Below, piece by piece: positions 1 to 10,929 of a DNA stretch of 64,000 nt. Source of the stretch: Batkoa obscura (Eukaryota); assembly GCA_030770535.1 (NCBI GenBank), contig JASVEC010000018.1:186001-250000 (forward strand), written 5' to 3'. Numbering within the stretch: position 1 is the first letter of the stretch; each line of letters begins with the position of its first letter. Below the pieces are notes generated by a model. It made no database searches. It was not told the origin of the DNA and was given only the letters and a program-made list of their open reading frames with translations. The translations under genes and the position numbers were made by a program.

Positions 1-996
1 CTAAGTGTATATTTTTACTTTTGTTTTGATCTACGTGGCTTTATTTTTTTACTTATTTTACTAGCTTTTTAAAGTTTATTTACTGTTGTTTTATGGAATA
101 TTATTTAAATATTACTTTAAAGTATCATGGTAATAAATGATATTAACTTTAAACTATTAATTTTTATATTCGATTAATTGAATTTTTAATCTTATTTTTG
201 AGCCCAATATTTCATGCCTCTAAATTATTTTTATACAAAAAATATACAAAAAGTCATTTCGTTTTTGAAGGAAAACTATAATTTGACTGTATCGATTGTT
301 ATATGCCTTCATTAATATTGATTTCTTAAATTTTCTTTTAGTATGTCTAATCATATTTGAGAACCTTATTCATTCAAGCATCCAAAGTTCAGCTTAGGGT
401 AGCATAGGAAAATACTACATTTAATAGCATTATTATAAATACGAATCTCGTTAGTCAATTTCATATCATATAATTAATTATTAGTCTTTATTTTAATATG
501 GTAAAATAAATGTGTTCTAATATACAATTCCCCAGAAAACAAAAAGTAATTTAATTACTAAGCAAAGCAAATTAAAGAATGTCAAATGATAGTAATAAGT
601 ATTTATTATTATTGATAGCACTAGTAATGCTACTGAATAAAGTATAAAAACATTACATTTTTAAAAAAAGAAGTTAACTTTAAGCAGTTAAAGACTTCAT
701 GTGGAAATTAAAAAGATGAAAATAGAAATAAGACGTTAAAAATAGCTAAGTTGACTAAGAATTTTATTTTTCAAAAAATTAAGCTGGCACATTAATCTCC
801 ATACAAATCGAGCATTTTTAAAGACAACAGAAAAAAAGGTGAAATTTATTATACTAACGGAAAATTTTCGAGTTTTCTATTCCAAAAAAATAGTAACGGA
901 AAATATGTAAAATAATTGTATCAGTATATAAATATTTAAAAAAACCTACACTTTAATTATCATAAAAAATTATCTTCTATACCAATATCTAAAAAA

Positions 997-1785
997 ATGA
1001 AATTCCTTCTCATAGCCTTATATACCAGCCAAATATTTGCTGCATTAAATCATTTTAATGGTAAAGAAGAGGGTGAAGATAGTATCGATGACAGCCAAGT
1101 GAGGAGTAAATTGGAATTAAACACTTCATGTAATGCAATTTGTAATGAAAATCCATCTAGTGCCAACTCCATGGGTTGTTTTTGCTTTACACCTAATGGT
1201 CAATCTCAAGCTCAAGGAGTAGCGCTCCCAATGAATAACAATTTACCTAACACTAATGCCAATAATCGCAATTTACCAATTCAACCAACCTTAAACAATG
1301 TGAATGATGCCAATAACGCAAACAGCGCCAATAATGCTAATACACCAAATGCTAATGTAGCTACAGTAGTAGTATTCACCACGATTAACCCACAAAATGG
1401 GCAAGCTATGCCACTTTCTACAAGCACATTATTACCAGGACAAACCTTTTTACCTACTCCTTCCAATAATAATCAGCGTAATAATAAATGGATGCCAGCC
1501 TTGAATAATCATCCTAGTATTCAACAAATTAATAAGGGATGGAATAGTAATACTTACTTCCCTACCCCAAGTAATAAAAATTTTAATGCTTTATCGAGTA
1601 GTAGTAGACAAGCTAGCTTATCAACTTCTATGGCTTTGAGCAGCGCTTCAAAAGCAATGAGTAAGGCTAGTTCTTCTATGAGCATGAGTATGAAATCAAT
1701 GGGAAACAATACTTCTGGTTCAAGTTATAATGTTTCCCATGGCTTTTCATTGATTGTTTTGGGCGCAATTTTAGCTTTATGTTAA
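997..1785 (+). CDS. Secreted, probably GPI-anchored Asn/Ser-rich cell-surface protein
   Basis: Intronless 262-aa ORF; hydrophobic N-terminus (MKFLLIALYTSQIFA); small Cys cluster (CNAIC...GCFCF); N/P-rich then S/M-rich low complexity; hydrophobic C-terminal tail (FSLIVLGAILALC) after small residues; TATA-like TATATAAA near 926. Confidence 0.75.
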   Translation: MKFLLIALYTSQIFAALNHFNGKEEGEDSIDDSQVRSKLELNTSCNAICNENPSSANSMGCFCFTPNGQSQAQGVALPMNNNLPNTNANNRNLPIQPTLNNVNDANNANSANNANTPNANVATVVVFTTINPQNGQAMPLSTSTLLPGQTFLPTPSNNNQRNNKWMPALNNHPSIQQINKGWNSNTYFPTPSNKNFNALSSSSRQASLSTSMALSSASKAMSKASSSMSMSMKSMGNNTSGSSYNVSHGFSLIVLGAILALC

Positions 1786-3170
1786 GATTCTGACTATTTT
1801 TAATCGACGCATTACATCTATTTTTCTTCTTTTTTTGGTATAAGAAGATATATACTAAATATTAATAATCATAATAATTAAACATTTCATTTTCAAATAA
1901 AAAATAAAAATAATTTTTTTTATTAATTTTTAATTTACTCATTTTATTATCATAGAGATCAGTTTAATTAGTATTTCAATACTGTAGTCTTTGACTATAT
2001 CAAAATAGTTCTTATGCTGCAATAAATCGATAATACTATAAATGACAAGATAAATATATATGTGAATATTTTAAATTACTTGACACTAGCAATATTTCTT
2101 TATTTGGAAATTTAAAATTCAACGTTGAAAAAAATAAATTTTAATTGCCATATTTTTTGACATATGGGCTAGGTTTGAATTTTAGATCCTTTTTAACGAT
2201 TACCCCGTGTTACTTGTACAACTCAACTAAGTTTATCACAGAATATGATTCTATTTTTTATTCAATTGTAACCAGTTGTACAGCTTTAGGTTCCTAATCA
2301 AACAAAAATTTGGAACATTAATAAAAAGTTTAAAGAAACCTAACTTCCTAGTTATTGAGATGCAGTCAATTTCAACTCATCTATCTTTCAAGTTTTACCT
2401 AATTTCTTGCTTCACTCACTTAAAAACTCCATCTGTTACTATTGCTCTAGGTTTTTCTATACTCTTTATCTTATCATTTATTTCCCCCTTGGCCATTTAA
2501 AAATTATAGCAGTTAGATTGACTTTTCAGAGTATCCAACTAAAATTATTAGGATATGATCAACTATTTAAAGCTATAGGGAACTAGTTTGTGCCCTTGAG
2601 TTCATAAGATTTCTCGGTTCTTCTTAAGTTTGAGATGTAGAAGGTTGGTGGTAAAATTATCTTTGGGATACTTTTTGGCATTGTTTTAAGCTTTATAATA
2701 TGGTATGAAAGACATCGATTTTAGATTTATAAAGAATTAATTTAAAAGCCTTAGGGTTCTTTGGATTTATTGGGTGGTAATGCCAGTAGCAAAATTAAAG
2801 TTTATGGAGGTGAGATTTTATTGATGATATGATAGGTTATGAAATTGAAGATATAAAATACATTGTATACATCAAACCTGATAGATATTGTTAAAACAAA
2901 CTTTATATCTTCATGAAATAAACTATTGAATCATTTCAGCTACTATATCAAATAACATTTTGTTAAGGTTCTAAAAGTTAAAACTCGAAAGCTTATTGTA
3001 ACTTGTAGTGTTATTTTTACATCACTATTGACTAATGATGTCCTCATTTTTACAAACTTTTATAATTTTAAACAGAAATGCATTGTAAGCATATATATTA
3101 TTTTATTTTATTTTATTTTATTTCTTACGGATCCTTAAAAATTGTTTTTTCATCTTTATTTTTACAAAAA

Positions 3171-4514
3171 ATGGAATTTGATCAATTACCAAGTGATTTG
3201 TTATATGGGATATTCAAACAAATTAGTATTAGAGAACTTTTCAATTTACGCTTATTAAATAAAGGCCTATACAATGTTATACAGGGGGCTATCAAGTTTA
3301 AACTAATTTATTCAAAGTACAGTGAAGATGACTTCGAAGATGAGTTAGTAGATACAAGCTTAAATTTTACAAATTTTATCAAATATCAACAAGAATTTAT
3401 TTTCAAAGATGGAGAGATCATAAAGCATTTGATTGTAGATGATGACACTATCAATTACATTAATTATTGCCCAAATTTAACAGCTATTACTTATCATAAG
3501 CGTGTAGTTGGGATTCCCATCAGTGGTAGAATTAAAATTCAATTGCCGAAATTGAAAAAAATCTTTATAGATGCTATTTTCAGTAATTCTTCTTCAACAT
3601 TAAACTTGTTTGAGAAATATCTAAATCAAATAGAAGATTTGAATATTAAATGTAACGCTGGAGATATAAAGGATATTATCAAATGTTTAGACCCAAGTAA
3701 GATAAAGTCTCTTAAGATATTCTGTCGCACTACTTTAAATTTTGATGAATTGGATAAAATTAAAACCGAGTTTATTAATTTGGAAGAATTATGTCTAAAA
3801 GCATATGATAGTATCGAAGTCACTACTATGTTTAATCCAAGCATAAACTTTGCTTCCTGTTTAAAACTAGAAATCAAAGCTCCTTTTGGAACTAACTTTA
3901 ATATCAGCTATTTTGGTGATCTTAGTAAAATGAAGAAGATAAAGTATATTGATTGTTCCAGCTCTTATTTAGAGATAAATAAAAAGGATGTTATGAACAT
4001 TCTTAAAAACACCAACATCACTTCTTTGGGCTACTTGAATCTTTTTAAATTAGTAAATTGTGATCTGTCAAATTTTTCAGCGTTAGAAGAAGTATATATT
4101 AGTCAAGTAACAAAAGAAATTTTAAAGGCTATTTCTTTAGTACCTACTATTCAAAAAATTCATGTTGATTATTTAAGGTACGCTATTAAAGGAATAACAA
4201 AAGAGCTTAATTTTAATATAGATAAAACTGTCAATACTACCAATTGTAATGAATACAAATGTAAACATGTCAATCAAATTATAGTTGAATTTGGTTATGG
4301 AACTAGACTTGATGACTTTTTATTATTATTAGAATTTTTCCCAAACCTTAAAGCAATTAAACTTATTGATTTTACATTAAAAGATGCAGGCTCTGAAGTT
4401 AATTATAGGCTTACTACTCCTTTATTAATCATTGCCCCTGATGTACCTACTATCGATAATGAGCTTTACGATAAACTCGTAAATATTCCATTATTAACTT
4501 GGTTAAGTTTATAA
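3171..4514 (+). CDS. F-box protein with degenerate LRR-like body (only intact member of the local family)
   Basis: N-terminal F-box motif MEFDQLPSDLLYGIFKQISIRELFNLRLLNK; LRR-like motifs CPNL, LPKLKKI, FPNLKAI; start placed at ATG 3171 rather than 3078 because paralogs begin M(K/E)FDQLP. Confidence 0.85.
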   Translation: MEFDQLPSDLLYGIFKQISIRELFNLRLLNKGLYNVIQGAIKFKLIYSKYSEDDFEDELVDTSLNFTNFIKYQQEFIFKDGEIIKHLIVDDDTINYINYCPNLTAITYHKRVVGIPISGRIKIQLPKLKKIFIDAIFSNSSSTLNLFEKYLNQIEDLNIKCNAGDIKDIIKCLDPSKIKSLKIFCRTTLNFDELDKIKTEFINLEELCLKAYDSIEVTTMFNPSINFASCLKLEIKAPFGTNFNISYFGDLSKMKKIKYIDCSSSYLEINKKDVMNILKNTNITSLGYLNLFKLVNCDLSNFSALEEVYISQVTKEILKAISLVPTIQKIHVDYLRYAIKGITKELNFNIDKTVNTTNCNEYKCKHVNQIIVEFGYGTRLDDFLLLLEFFPNLKAIKLIDFTLKDAGSEVNYRLTTPLLIIAPDVPTIDNELYDKLVNIPLLTWLSL

Positions 4515-4543
4515 ATAATCTAATGTTTAATTCATCATACTTT

Positions 4544-5007
4544 TGTGAAATATCGCTTTTTCAGCCCCATGGTTAATTATAGCATAATAGTCGCCTAAGT
4601 TGTTGTATTCTCGAGCTTAGAAATAACCAGTCCTATGCTCTTGTTTTGGCTTGCTATGAGAATTTCTAGCTTCATCCCAAAGAATATTATCTTCTCATTC
4701 TCATATTTATATTTGTCAGAGTATAAAAGAGATTCTATAATATAGTAGCTCGAGGCTTTTGACTGAGTTATTCCCTGATATCTCGTATATTTAATAAAGC
4801 CACTAGGTTTTCCTAATAGTATTTTACATAGATTTTACATTAGTATTGTCTATTTTATCTGTCTTATATAGCTTGTAACCTATTACGTGTTATTCCTCAT
4901 AATCCAAGTCTATCTTAGCCATATATACTAAGATCTTTCGACTTATAATGTAGTCAACCAGGAAATAGCTTTTTTTTGACTCTAATCACTGAGTACCAGA
5001 TTTCACA
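4544..5007 (+). mobile_element. Solo LTR (family L, 464 bp), copy 1
   Basis: Begins TGTGAAAT and ends ATTTCACA; internal TATAAAA (~4722) followed by AATAAA (~4793); homologous to five other copies in the window. Confidence 0.8.
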
Positions 5008-5333
5008 TTGTATTATATAGGAATGGTTAATTATAGTTTTGGGGCTAACCACTCCCTCCCATGCAGCTATTCACTAACTTGGTAATATAATAATAATGTA
5101 ATTACAGCATTAAGATAGTTTATTTATTTGATAACAAATCTACAATATTGGTCATAAAGTGGTCAATAATAAACGTTTCTCAATAAAGTTTTATGAGAAT
5201 ATGTATTTAAGATCTAGTAGAAATTCAACTAATTTAGAGTATAGGTTATAATAGAATGATTTAGAACTGTGTCTGAATACTTTTGTTTTAATAAAAAATT
5301 GGATAAAATAATGAAACTAATTCAGACAACCCC
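5008..5333 (+). mobile_element. Right end of Sola-like DNA transposon, including right TIR
   Basis: Collinear with 52264-52639; ends GGATAAAATAATGAAACTAATTCAGACAACCCC followed by ATAT. Confidence 0.85.
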
Positions 5334-5577
5334 ATATAGATCCTTTATTTAAATCCAAACTTAGTTTTGCCTTTTGTTGAAAATATCAAAAAACTAATAT
5401 TATATAAAAACAAAAAACCCTACATTTTAGCATTTTCCCTAATGCAAACAGAAAATAGTGAGATTTCAAACGATAGGTTTATATAAAAATTTATTATGGT
5501 TAAAGTTAACTTTTATTTTTATTCAATTTTAGTCAATTTTATTCAGTCTTGAATTTTCAAGTTGATATAATTTTTAT

Positions 5578-5850
5578 GAAAATTCGGAAAAAGGGATGTA
5601 ATTTAAGTTGAGAGCCTCTTCTTAAAATTAGGATAATTTATTCAAATTATTGTACAATATGCCAATAATAAGCTAAGGAAAGTTTATACATATAAAGTAA
5701 TAATAAGTATTTTTAGAAAAATATCGGAAAAAGATGCAATTTAAGTTGGAAGCTTCTTCATAAAGTTAGGATAATTTATTCAAATCGTTGTATAGTATAT
5801 TGATAATAGGCTATGAACAACTTGTGTATATAAAGTAATGACATACTTTT
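5578..5850 (+). repeat. Tandem duplication (~137 bp x2) of the OYE promoter, each unit with a TATA box
   Basis: Both units read TCGGAAAAA.GATG.AATTTAAGTTG...TTAGGATAATTTATTCAAAT...ATATAAAGTAAT (5578-5714 and 5715-5850). Confidence 0.8.
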
Positions 5851-5902
5851 AATAAGAAATCAAAGAACCAAAAAATTAAGATTATATTAAATAATACAGT
5901 CA

Positions 5903-7006
5903 ATGTCATATAACAAAAACTTACAACAGCCATTAAATCTTAAAGGGTTAAAACTCAAAAATCGAGTAGTTCTTGCTTCCTTAACTCGTAATCGTGGGAT
6001 TGTCCCTGATGAACTATTTGCTGAATACTATGGTCAAAGAGCATCCGCAGGCTTAATATTATCTGAAGGTGTCCTTATCGAGCCACAGGGTATTGCATGG
6101 TCAGAAGTACCTGGAATTTGGAGCAAAGAGCAAATCAAAGGGTGGAAGATAGTAACCGACAAAGTACATGAAAAAGATAGCTATATTTTTGCACAATTAT
6201 GGCACTTGGGAAGACTAGGCAATACTTTACTTAATGCTGGTATAGCTCCATCAGGTCCTTCTGCTATTAAAGCCAATGGTGGAAAGTTCCGTTCACTTGA
6301 AGGAAACCCTGGTTATTCTGTTCCAAAGGCTATTCAAGATCCTAAAGAATATGTACAAAACTTCAAAAAAGCTGCTATCAATGCTAAAGAAGCAGGATTT
6401 GATGGTATTGAATTAAATAGTGCTAATGGCTATTTACCACATCAATTCCTTGACTCTAACTCAAATCGACGTACTGATAATTATGGTGGTAGCATTGAAA
6501 ACCGTTCTCGCTTTGTTCTTGAAGTTATTGATGCTTTGATAGAAGTATTTTCTGCTGACAGAGTTGGTATCAAACTAACTCCTTGTGGCGGCTATAACGA
6601 TGTAGGCGAAAAAACTGAAGAAGAAGCCTATAAGTTATTTGGATATTTAATTTCTGAACTTGATAAACGTGAAGTTGCTTATATTCAGATTATGCGCTAT
6701 CTTCCCGATCTTGATCCAACTGGTCGTGGTCTTAAATTTGACGTTGAAAAATTCTTTCCATTAATCAAAAATGCGAAGATATTTATTAATGGAGGCTTTA
6801 GCGCTGAAGAGGGAGACAAATACATTGCAGATGGTAAAGTTGATGCAGTAGTATATGGTCGTAGGTTTATTCCTAATCCAGATCTTCCTGAACGTTTCTT
6901 TAACAACCATGAATTGTCTCAAATTACTAACTATTCTTCTCTCTATTCATATAAAGGTGAAGACCGTCATGTTGGGTACACTGATTATCCTAGATTTACC
7001 AATTAG
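5903..7006 (+). CDS. Old Yellow Enzyme / NADH:flavin oxidoreductase (ene-reductase)
   Basis: Motifs LKNRVVLASLTR, EYYGQRASAGLILSEG, FAQLWHLGR, AGFDGIEL.SANGYL.HQFLD..SN.RTD.YGGSIENR.RF, GR.FI.NPDLP.R, GYTDYP; intronless. Confidence 0.95.
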   Translation: MSYNKNLQQPLNLKGLKLKNRVVLASLTRNRGIVPDELFAEYYGQRASAGLILSEGVLIEPQGIAWSEVPGIWSKEQIKGWKIVTDKVHEKDSYIFAQLWHLGRLGNTLLNAGIAPSGPSAIKANGGKFRSLEGNPGYSVPKAIQDPKEYVQNFKKAAINAKEAGFDGIELNSANGYLPHQFLDSNSNRRTDNYGGSIENRSRFVLEVIDALIEVFSADRVGIKLTPCGGYNDVGEKTEEEAYKLFGYLISELDKREVAYIQIMRYLPDLDPTGRGLKFDVEKFFPLIKNAKIFINGGFSAEEGDKYIADGKVDAVVYGRRFIPNPDLPERFFNNHELSQITNYSSLYSYKGEDRHVGYTDYPRFTN

Positions 7007-7554
7007 GAGTTTTTCTGCTTTTAAAAATAACTAAGAAATATCTTTATTGCAGTTATTATAAAATTTACTGTTTATTAGCTTTAAACAATTTTTAACATTA
7101 AAAACATATTTCTTGGTTACTCTAACAACTCTTTGTTAATGGTTAATGTTTGGTTTTTTATCTGATATTATTTTTCAATCCTTTATCCCTTTTGAATTTA
7201 TGATGTTGATTCTCTATTATATGAATGAATTTTAATACAAACGCTAATAATTGTATACAATTTTAGTCTTAGGGTTGTCCGAATTGGTTTTAGAATTTAT
7301 TTAGGTTAATCCAAATTTTGAATTTTAAATTTGTGCCTAATGTGACGGTCAAATCTAAAAAGCTCAAAGTTAAATCTCTTCATTTAAAACTTATTTTAAT
7401 TGTTTCCTTTTCTTAAATAGTCAATTTTTCTAACTATATGTTTTATATTATTTCTATTAAATATTCAGTAGATATATAATATATAACTATATAATTATAT
7501 AATTATATATAAATAGAGTTATTTGACTTTATGTTTTGTTGAAATAAAAATAAA

Positions 7555-9240
7555 ATGCAAACTTTCATAACTAAATTTCGAAATGTAATTTTTGAAAATT
7601 TTAATATAATAGGGAAGAACACACAATATAAACATTGTAATTCGTTTACGCCAATTTTAAGAGCTACTTATAATAGCCTAGGATTTATGGAATTTTATAA
7701 TAAAACAAAACAAAGAAAAGATATATTATCAAAGTTTACTATCGATAATAATAAACTTAATCAAGCAATGTACAAAATTAGTGCTTTGAGGGAAACAGGA
7801 AACAAAAATCAACAAGTAGCGTTATTATCAACTATAGCTTCAGTATATTCTTTTGATGAATGTAAAAGTTTTGAGTTTAATACAAATAGAAATCAATATG
7901 ATTATCCAAAAAAAAGTAATAATAATAATAACAAAAGACCAACGTTACAACCCATTATTAAAAACACAAAAAAAATTAAAGATGACCAAATTGAAGCTAT
8001 TATACAATATTTACTAAATGATTCAGCTATTTCATCAAGATTTAACAAAAATAATGATGATAGTAAATATCGATCAGATAATATATGGGGATGTATTTGT
8101 TTGCTTAAGGATTTTACCAATAATTTTTCTACTCAAATAGTGCTTAAAAGGTGGAAAAAGTAATAAAACTAAAAAAAACATCCCCATATATTAAATAAAA
8201 GTAGGAGAATGATATATAGTAAATATTTTAATGCTCTAAGAGATTATATGCCCAGTATATGGTTAGAAAAAAGTTATTTGAAAATAAAATAAATACAGCA
8301 ATAAAAAATAAAGTAGAGATAGAAGTTTTCAATGAAGAAGAAAAGCTATACAAAGTACATAAATTTTGTGTTGGTACTCAAAAAAATACATTTAATGAAA
8401 CTATTAAAAAATCAAATAATAAAAGCTGTATAACAATTTTAGATTTTATACAAAACATGGAAACAGGAACAAGACCAGATTCAACAAATTCAGATCATTA
8501 TAATAAGCAAGCTATATCAGTATTAAGTTTTGGTGTTCTATATCTAAAAGATGATAAAACAATAGGCAAAGTTTACTTTGATTATTTATCTGAAATAATA
8601 AATCATGATTCAGCATATGCAGGAGATTGTTTAATCGATTTAATCTCTACAGAGCTTTTATTTAAAAAGTTTACAAAAATTAATATATGGGCAGATAAAG
8701 GAAATCATTTTAGATCCCAAGGGTTCCCACATTATATATTTAAAGAAACTCATAAAATAAATAGTAGTTTGAATATTGATCTTAATTCTTTTCCTGAGCA
8801 TCATGAAAAAAGTATAGTTGATGGACATTTTAGAAATCTTTCAGAATGGAAAAGTAGTTTTGAAGTATTAGGTAAAATAGAAGATATCAATCGATTAATT
8901 TCAAGATTTAAGACTTTTATTTGTGAGCATAGTAAAATAACTCGACTGTAAATAATGAGAAAACAGATATAATCTTCAAAAAGTATGAAAGAAATAAAAA
9001 TACAAAAAAAATAGTAGAGATATAAGCCATCAAGAAATATCTACACTTTATTAAATATAACAATAAACTACATTGTTATCCAGTATCTGATACATCAAAA
9101 AAAAAGCGTTATAGTTCCAACTAAAGTTATAGAATCTATAGAAAATAGAAAAATTAAAAGATCGATCCCAGCTTACTTTACGAAAATAACAGAGAATTTA
9201 AAACTTTCGATATTTACTAAGTAGTTTGTTGAATGATAGA
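7555..9240 (+). pseudogene. Disrupted Sola2-like DDD transposase (ORF pieces 7555-8163 and 8259-8951)
   Basis: Catalytic-like motifs ILDFIQN, INHDS, IWADKGNHFRS and FPEHHEKSIVDGHF; interrupted by a MITE at 8087-8185 and by frameshifts and stops; 3' limit approximate. Confidence 0.75.
8087..8185. mobile_element. MITE (family M, 99 bp) inserted in the transposase
   Basis: GGGGATGT...ACATCCCC flanked by ATAT; absent from the equivalent site of transposon copy 2 (~51581-51590). Confidence 0.9.
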
Positions 9241-9349
9241 AATAGACTATTAAATGTTAATATTATTTAAATTATTAATAGCTAAGCTAATAAATAGTCA
9301 AAGAATAAGTAATTGTAATAATACATAGAAACTGTTATTATATTACTTG

Positions 9350-9824
9350 TGTGAAATATCGCTTTGTCAGTCCCATAGTTAATTATAGCATAATAGTCGC
9401 CTAAGCTGCTGTGTTCTTGAGTTCAGAGATAATCAATCCTATGCTCTTGTTTTGGTTTGTTATGAGGATTTCTAACCTCATCTCAAAGAACATTATCTTC
9501 TCATTTTGATATCTATACTTTTCAGAGTATAAAACAGATTTTAGAGTATAGTAGTTTGAGACTTTTTAATTAACTTATTCCCTGATATCTTGTATATTTA
9601 ATAAAGCGACTAAGCTTACTTAATAGTATTTTACATAGATTTTACATAGATTTTACATTAGTATTGCCTATTATATTTGTTTTACATAGTCTGTAGTCTA
9701 TCACGTACTATTCTTCATAATCCAAGTCTATCTTAGTCACATAAGCTAAGACCTTTCGACTTATAATGTAGTCAACCAGGAAATAGCTTTTTTTGACTCT
9801 AATCACTGAGTACCAGATTTCATA
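9350..9824 (+). mobile_element. Solo LTR family L, copy 2
   Basis: TGTGAAAT...ATTTCATA; carries an 11-bp internal duplication (TACATAGATTT x2). Confidence 0.85.
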
Positions 9825-10157
9825 CTCCTACAGCTCAAATTAAAAATTTAAGTATAAATCAATTGAAAAAATATCGTTATTACTAACACATATATGGTAA
9901 TTTTTTAAAAAATTAAATATATAATTACCATTATTTCACAGTAATAGCAAAGCATAAAACAAATTCTAAGAGTTATTACAGAAAATGATTATATAGATAA
10001 TAATATATCAACAATGTTATATAATAGTATAGCTATAATATAATTAATTGAGTGAAATAAATAGAATGCTTTAAAGCCTGAATACACTCATATAAATAGC
10101 AAAATAAACAGCACAATTCGATTGTAAAAAAATTATTTAATTATTGATCTAATTAAT

Positions 10158-10685
10158 ATGCAATCCTACTTTACTATATTGTTATTATCTAGTTTAATCA
10201 GCGATACCCTTGCTCATCCAAGTAACAGGTTACTTAAGAGAGATGGAGAAGAATCCCGTCAGCTCAGTGAAGAAGGGAAGGAAATGATCTGCCGATTGAA
10301 TGCTTTACGTCGAGAAAATGGTAAAAAAGACATACTTTTAGATTATCGTGTTATGGCGGCAGCACAAAAACATGCTGAAGCAATGAAGCAAAATGATAAT
10401 TTAACACATGATGGATTTACCCCAGAGACCAAAGGATTTATAGATCGTGTACACCTTGAAGGTTACACTGGTGGTGCTGGTGCTGAAAATATTTGCCAAG
10501 GTTCTGGTAACGTTGTAGATGTTTTAACTTGTTGGAAAAATTCGCCTGGCCACCTTGAAAATATGTTAAGTGACAATGAATGCTTTGGTTATGGTAGAGA
10601 TGACTTTTTCTGGGTCCAAGATTTTGTTAGTGGGGATAAATGTCAAGGCTATGGGGATGTTGATTGTACTAAGTTCGGCCTTTAA
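10158..10685 (+). CDS. Secreted CAP/SCP (PR-1-like) domain protein
   Basis: Signal peptide, KR propeptide site, motifs LNALRRENG, AAQKHAEAM, LTHDG, GAENI, WKNSPGHLENML, FWVQDF. Confidence 0.9.
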   Translation: MQSYFTILLLSSLISDTLAHPSNRLLKRDGEESRQLSEEGKEMICRLNALRRENGKKDILLDYRVMAAAQKHAEAMKQNDNLTHDGFTPETKGFIDRVHLEGYTGGAGAENICQGSGNVVDVLTCWKNSPGHLENMLSDNECFGYGRDDFFWVQDFVSGDKCQGYGDVDCTKFGL

Positions 10686-10839
10686 GCGATCACCGTTTTG
10701 TATTCAATAAACAAGTTTTTTTTTTGTTACTTTTCAAAAATATCTTTGGTTTTTTAATCTTATTAGCTATGCTAGCATAAAAATTAAGATCTTTTTGTAC
10801 TAACTCCATTAAAACTATTATACATAAAGTATATAGAAA

Positions 10840-10924
10840 TGTTTTTTAGTTTCATTACTTTTCAATTTTTAAGTGCTATTTGAGTGGAAGGATTCTTAAT
10901 AGAATTCTTGAAAATATATTCCCA
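10840..10924. mobile_element. Degenerate MITE family M
   Basis: Core TTTCATTACTTTTCAATTTTTAAGTGCTATTTGAGTGGAA...ATTCCC. Confidence 0.7.
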
Positions 10925-10929
10925 CTTAT

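Larger units (their letters stand above)
7271..9349 (+). mobile_element. Sola-like DNA transposon copy 1: left TIR and body, truncated at the embedded LTR
   Basis: Left TIR AGGGTTGTCCGAATTGGTTT is the imperfect inverse of the right end at 5333/52639; collinear with 50787-52263 apart from insertions and deletions. Confidence 0.85.

Noticed and set aside
3078..3170. N-terminal hydrophobic extension on the F-box ORF
   Set aside because: Derived from T-rich upstream sequence; paralogs start at the M(K/E)FDQLP position
4544..9824. Full-length LTR retrotransposon between the two direct LTRs
   Set aside because: No gag, RT or integrase and no evident PBS/PPT; the interior is DNA-transposon halves plus OYE, and the outer flanks are not a clean TSD
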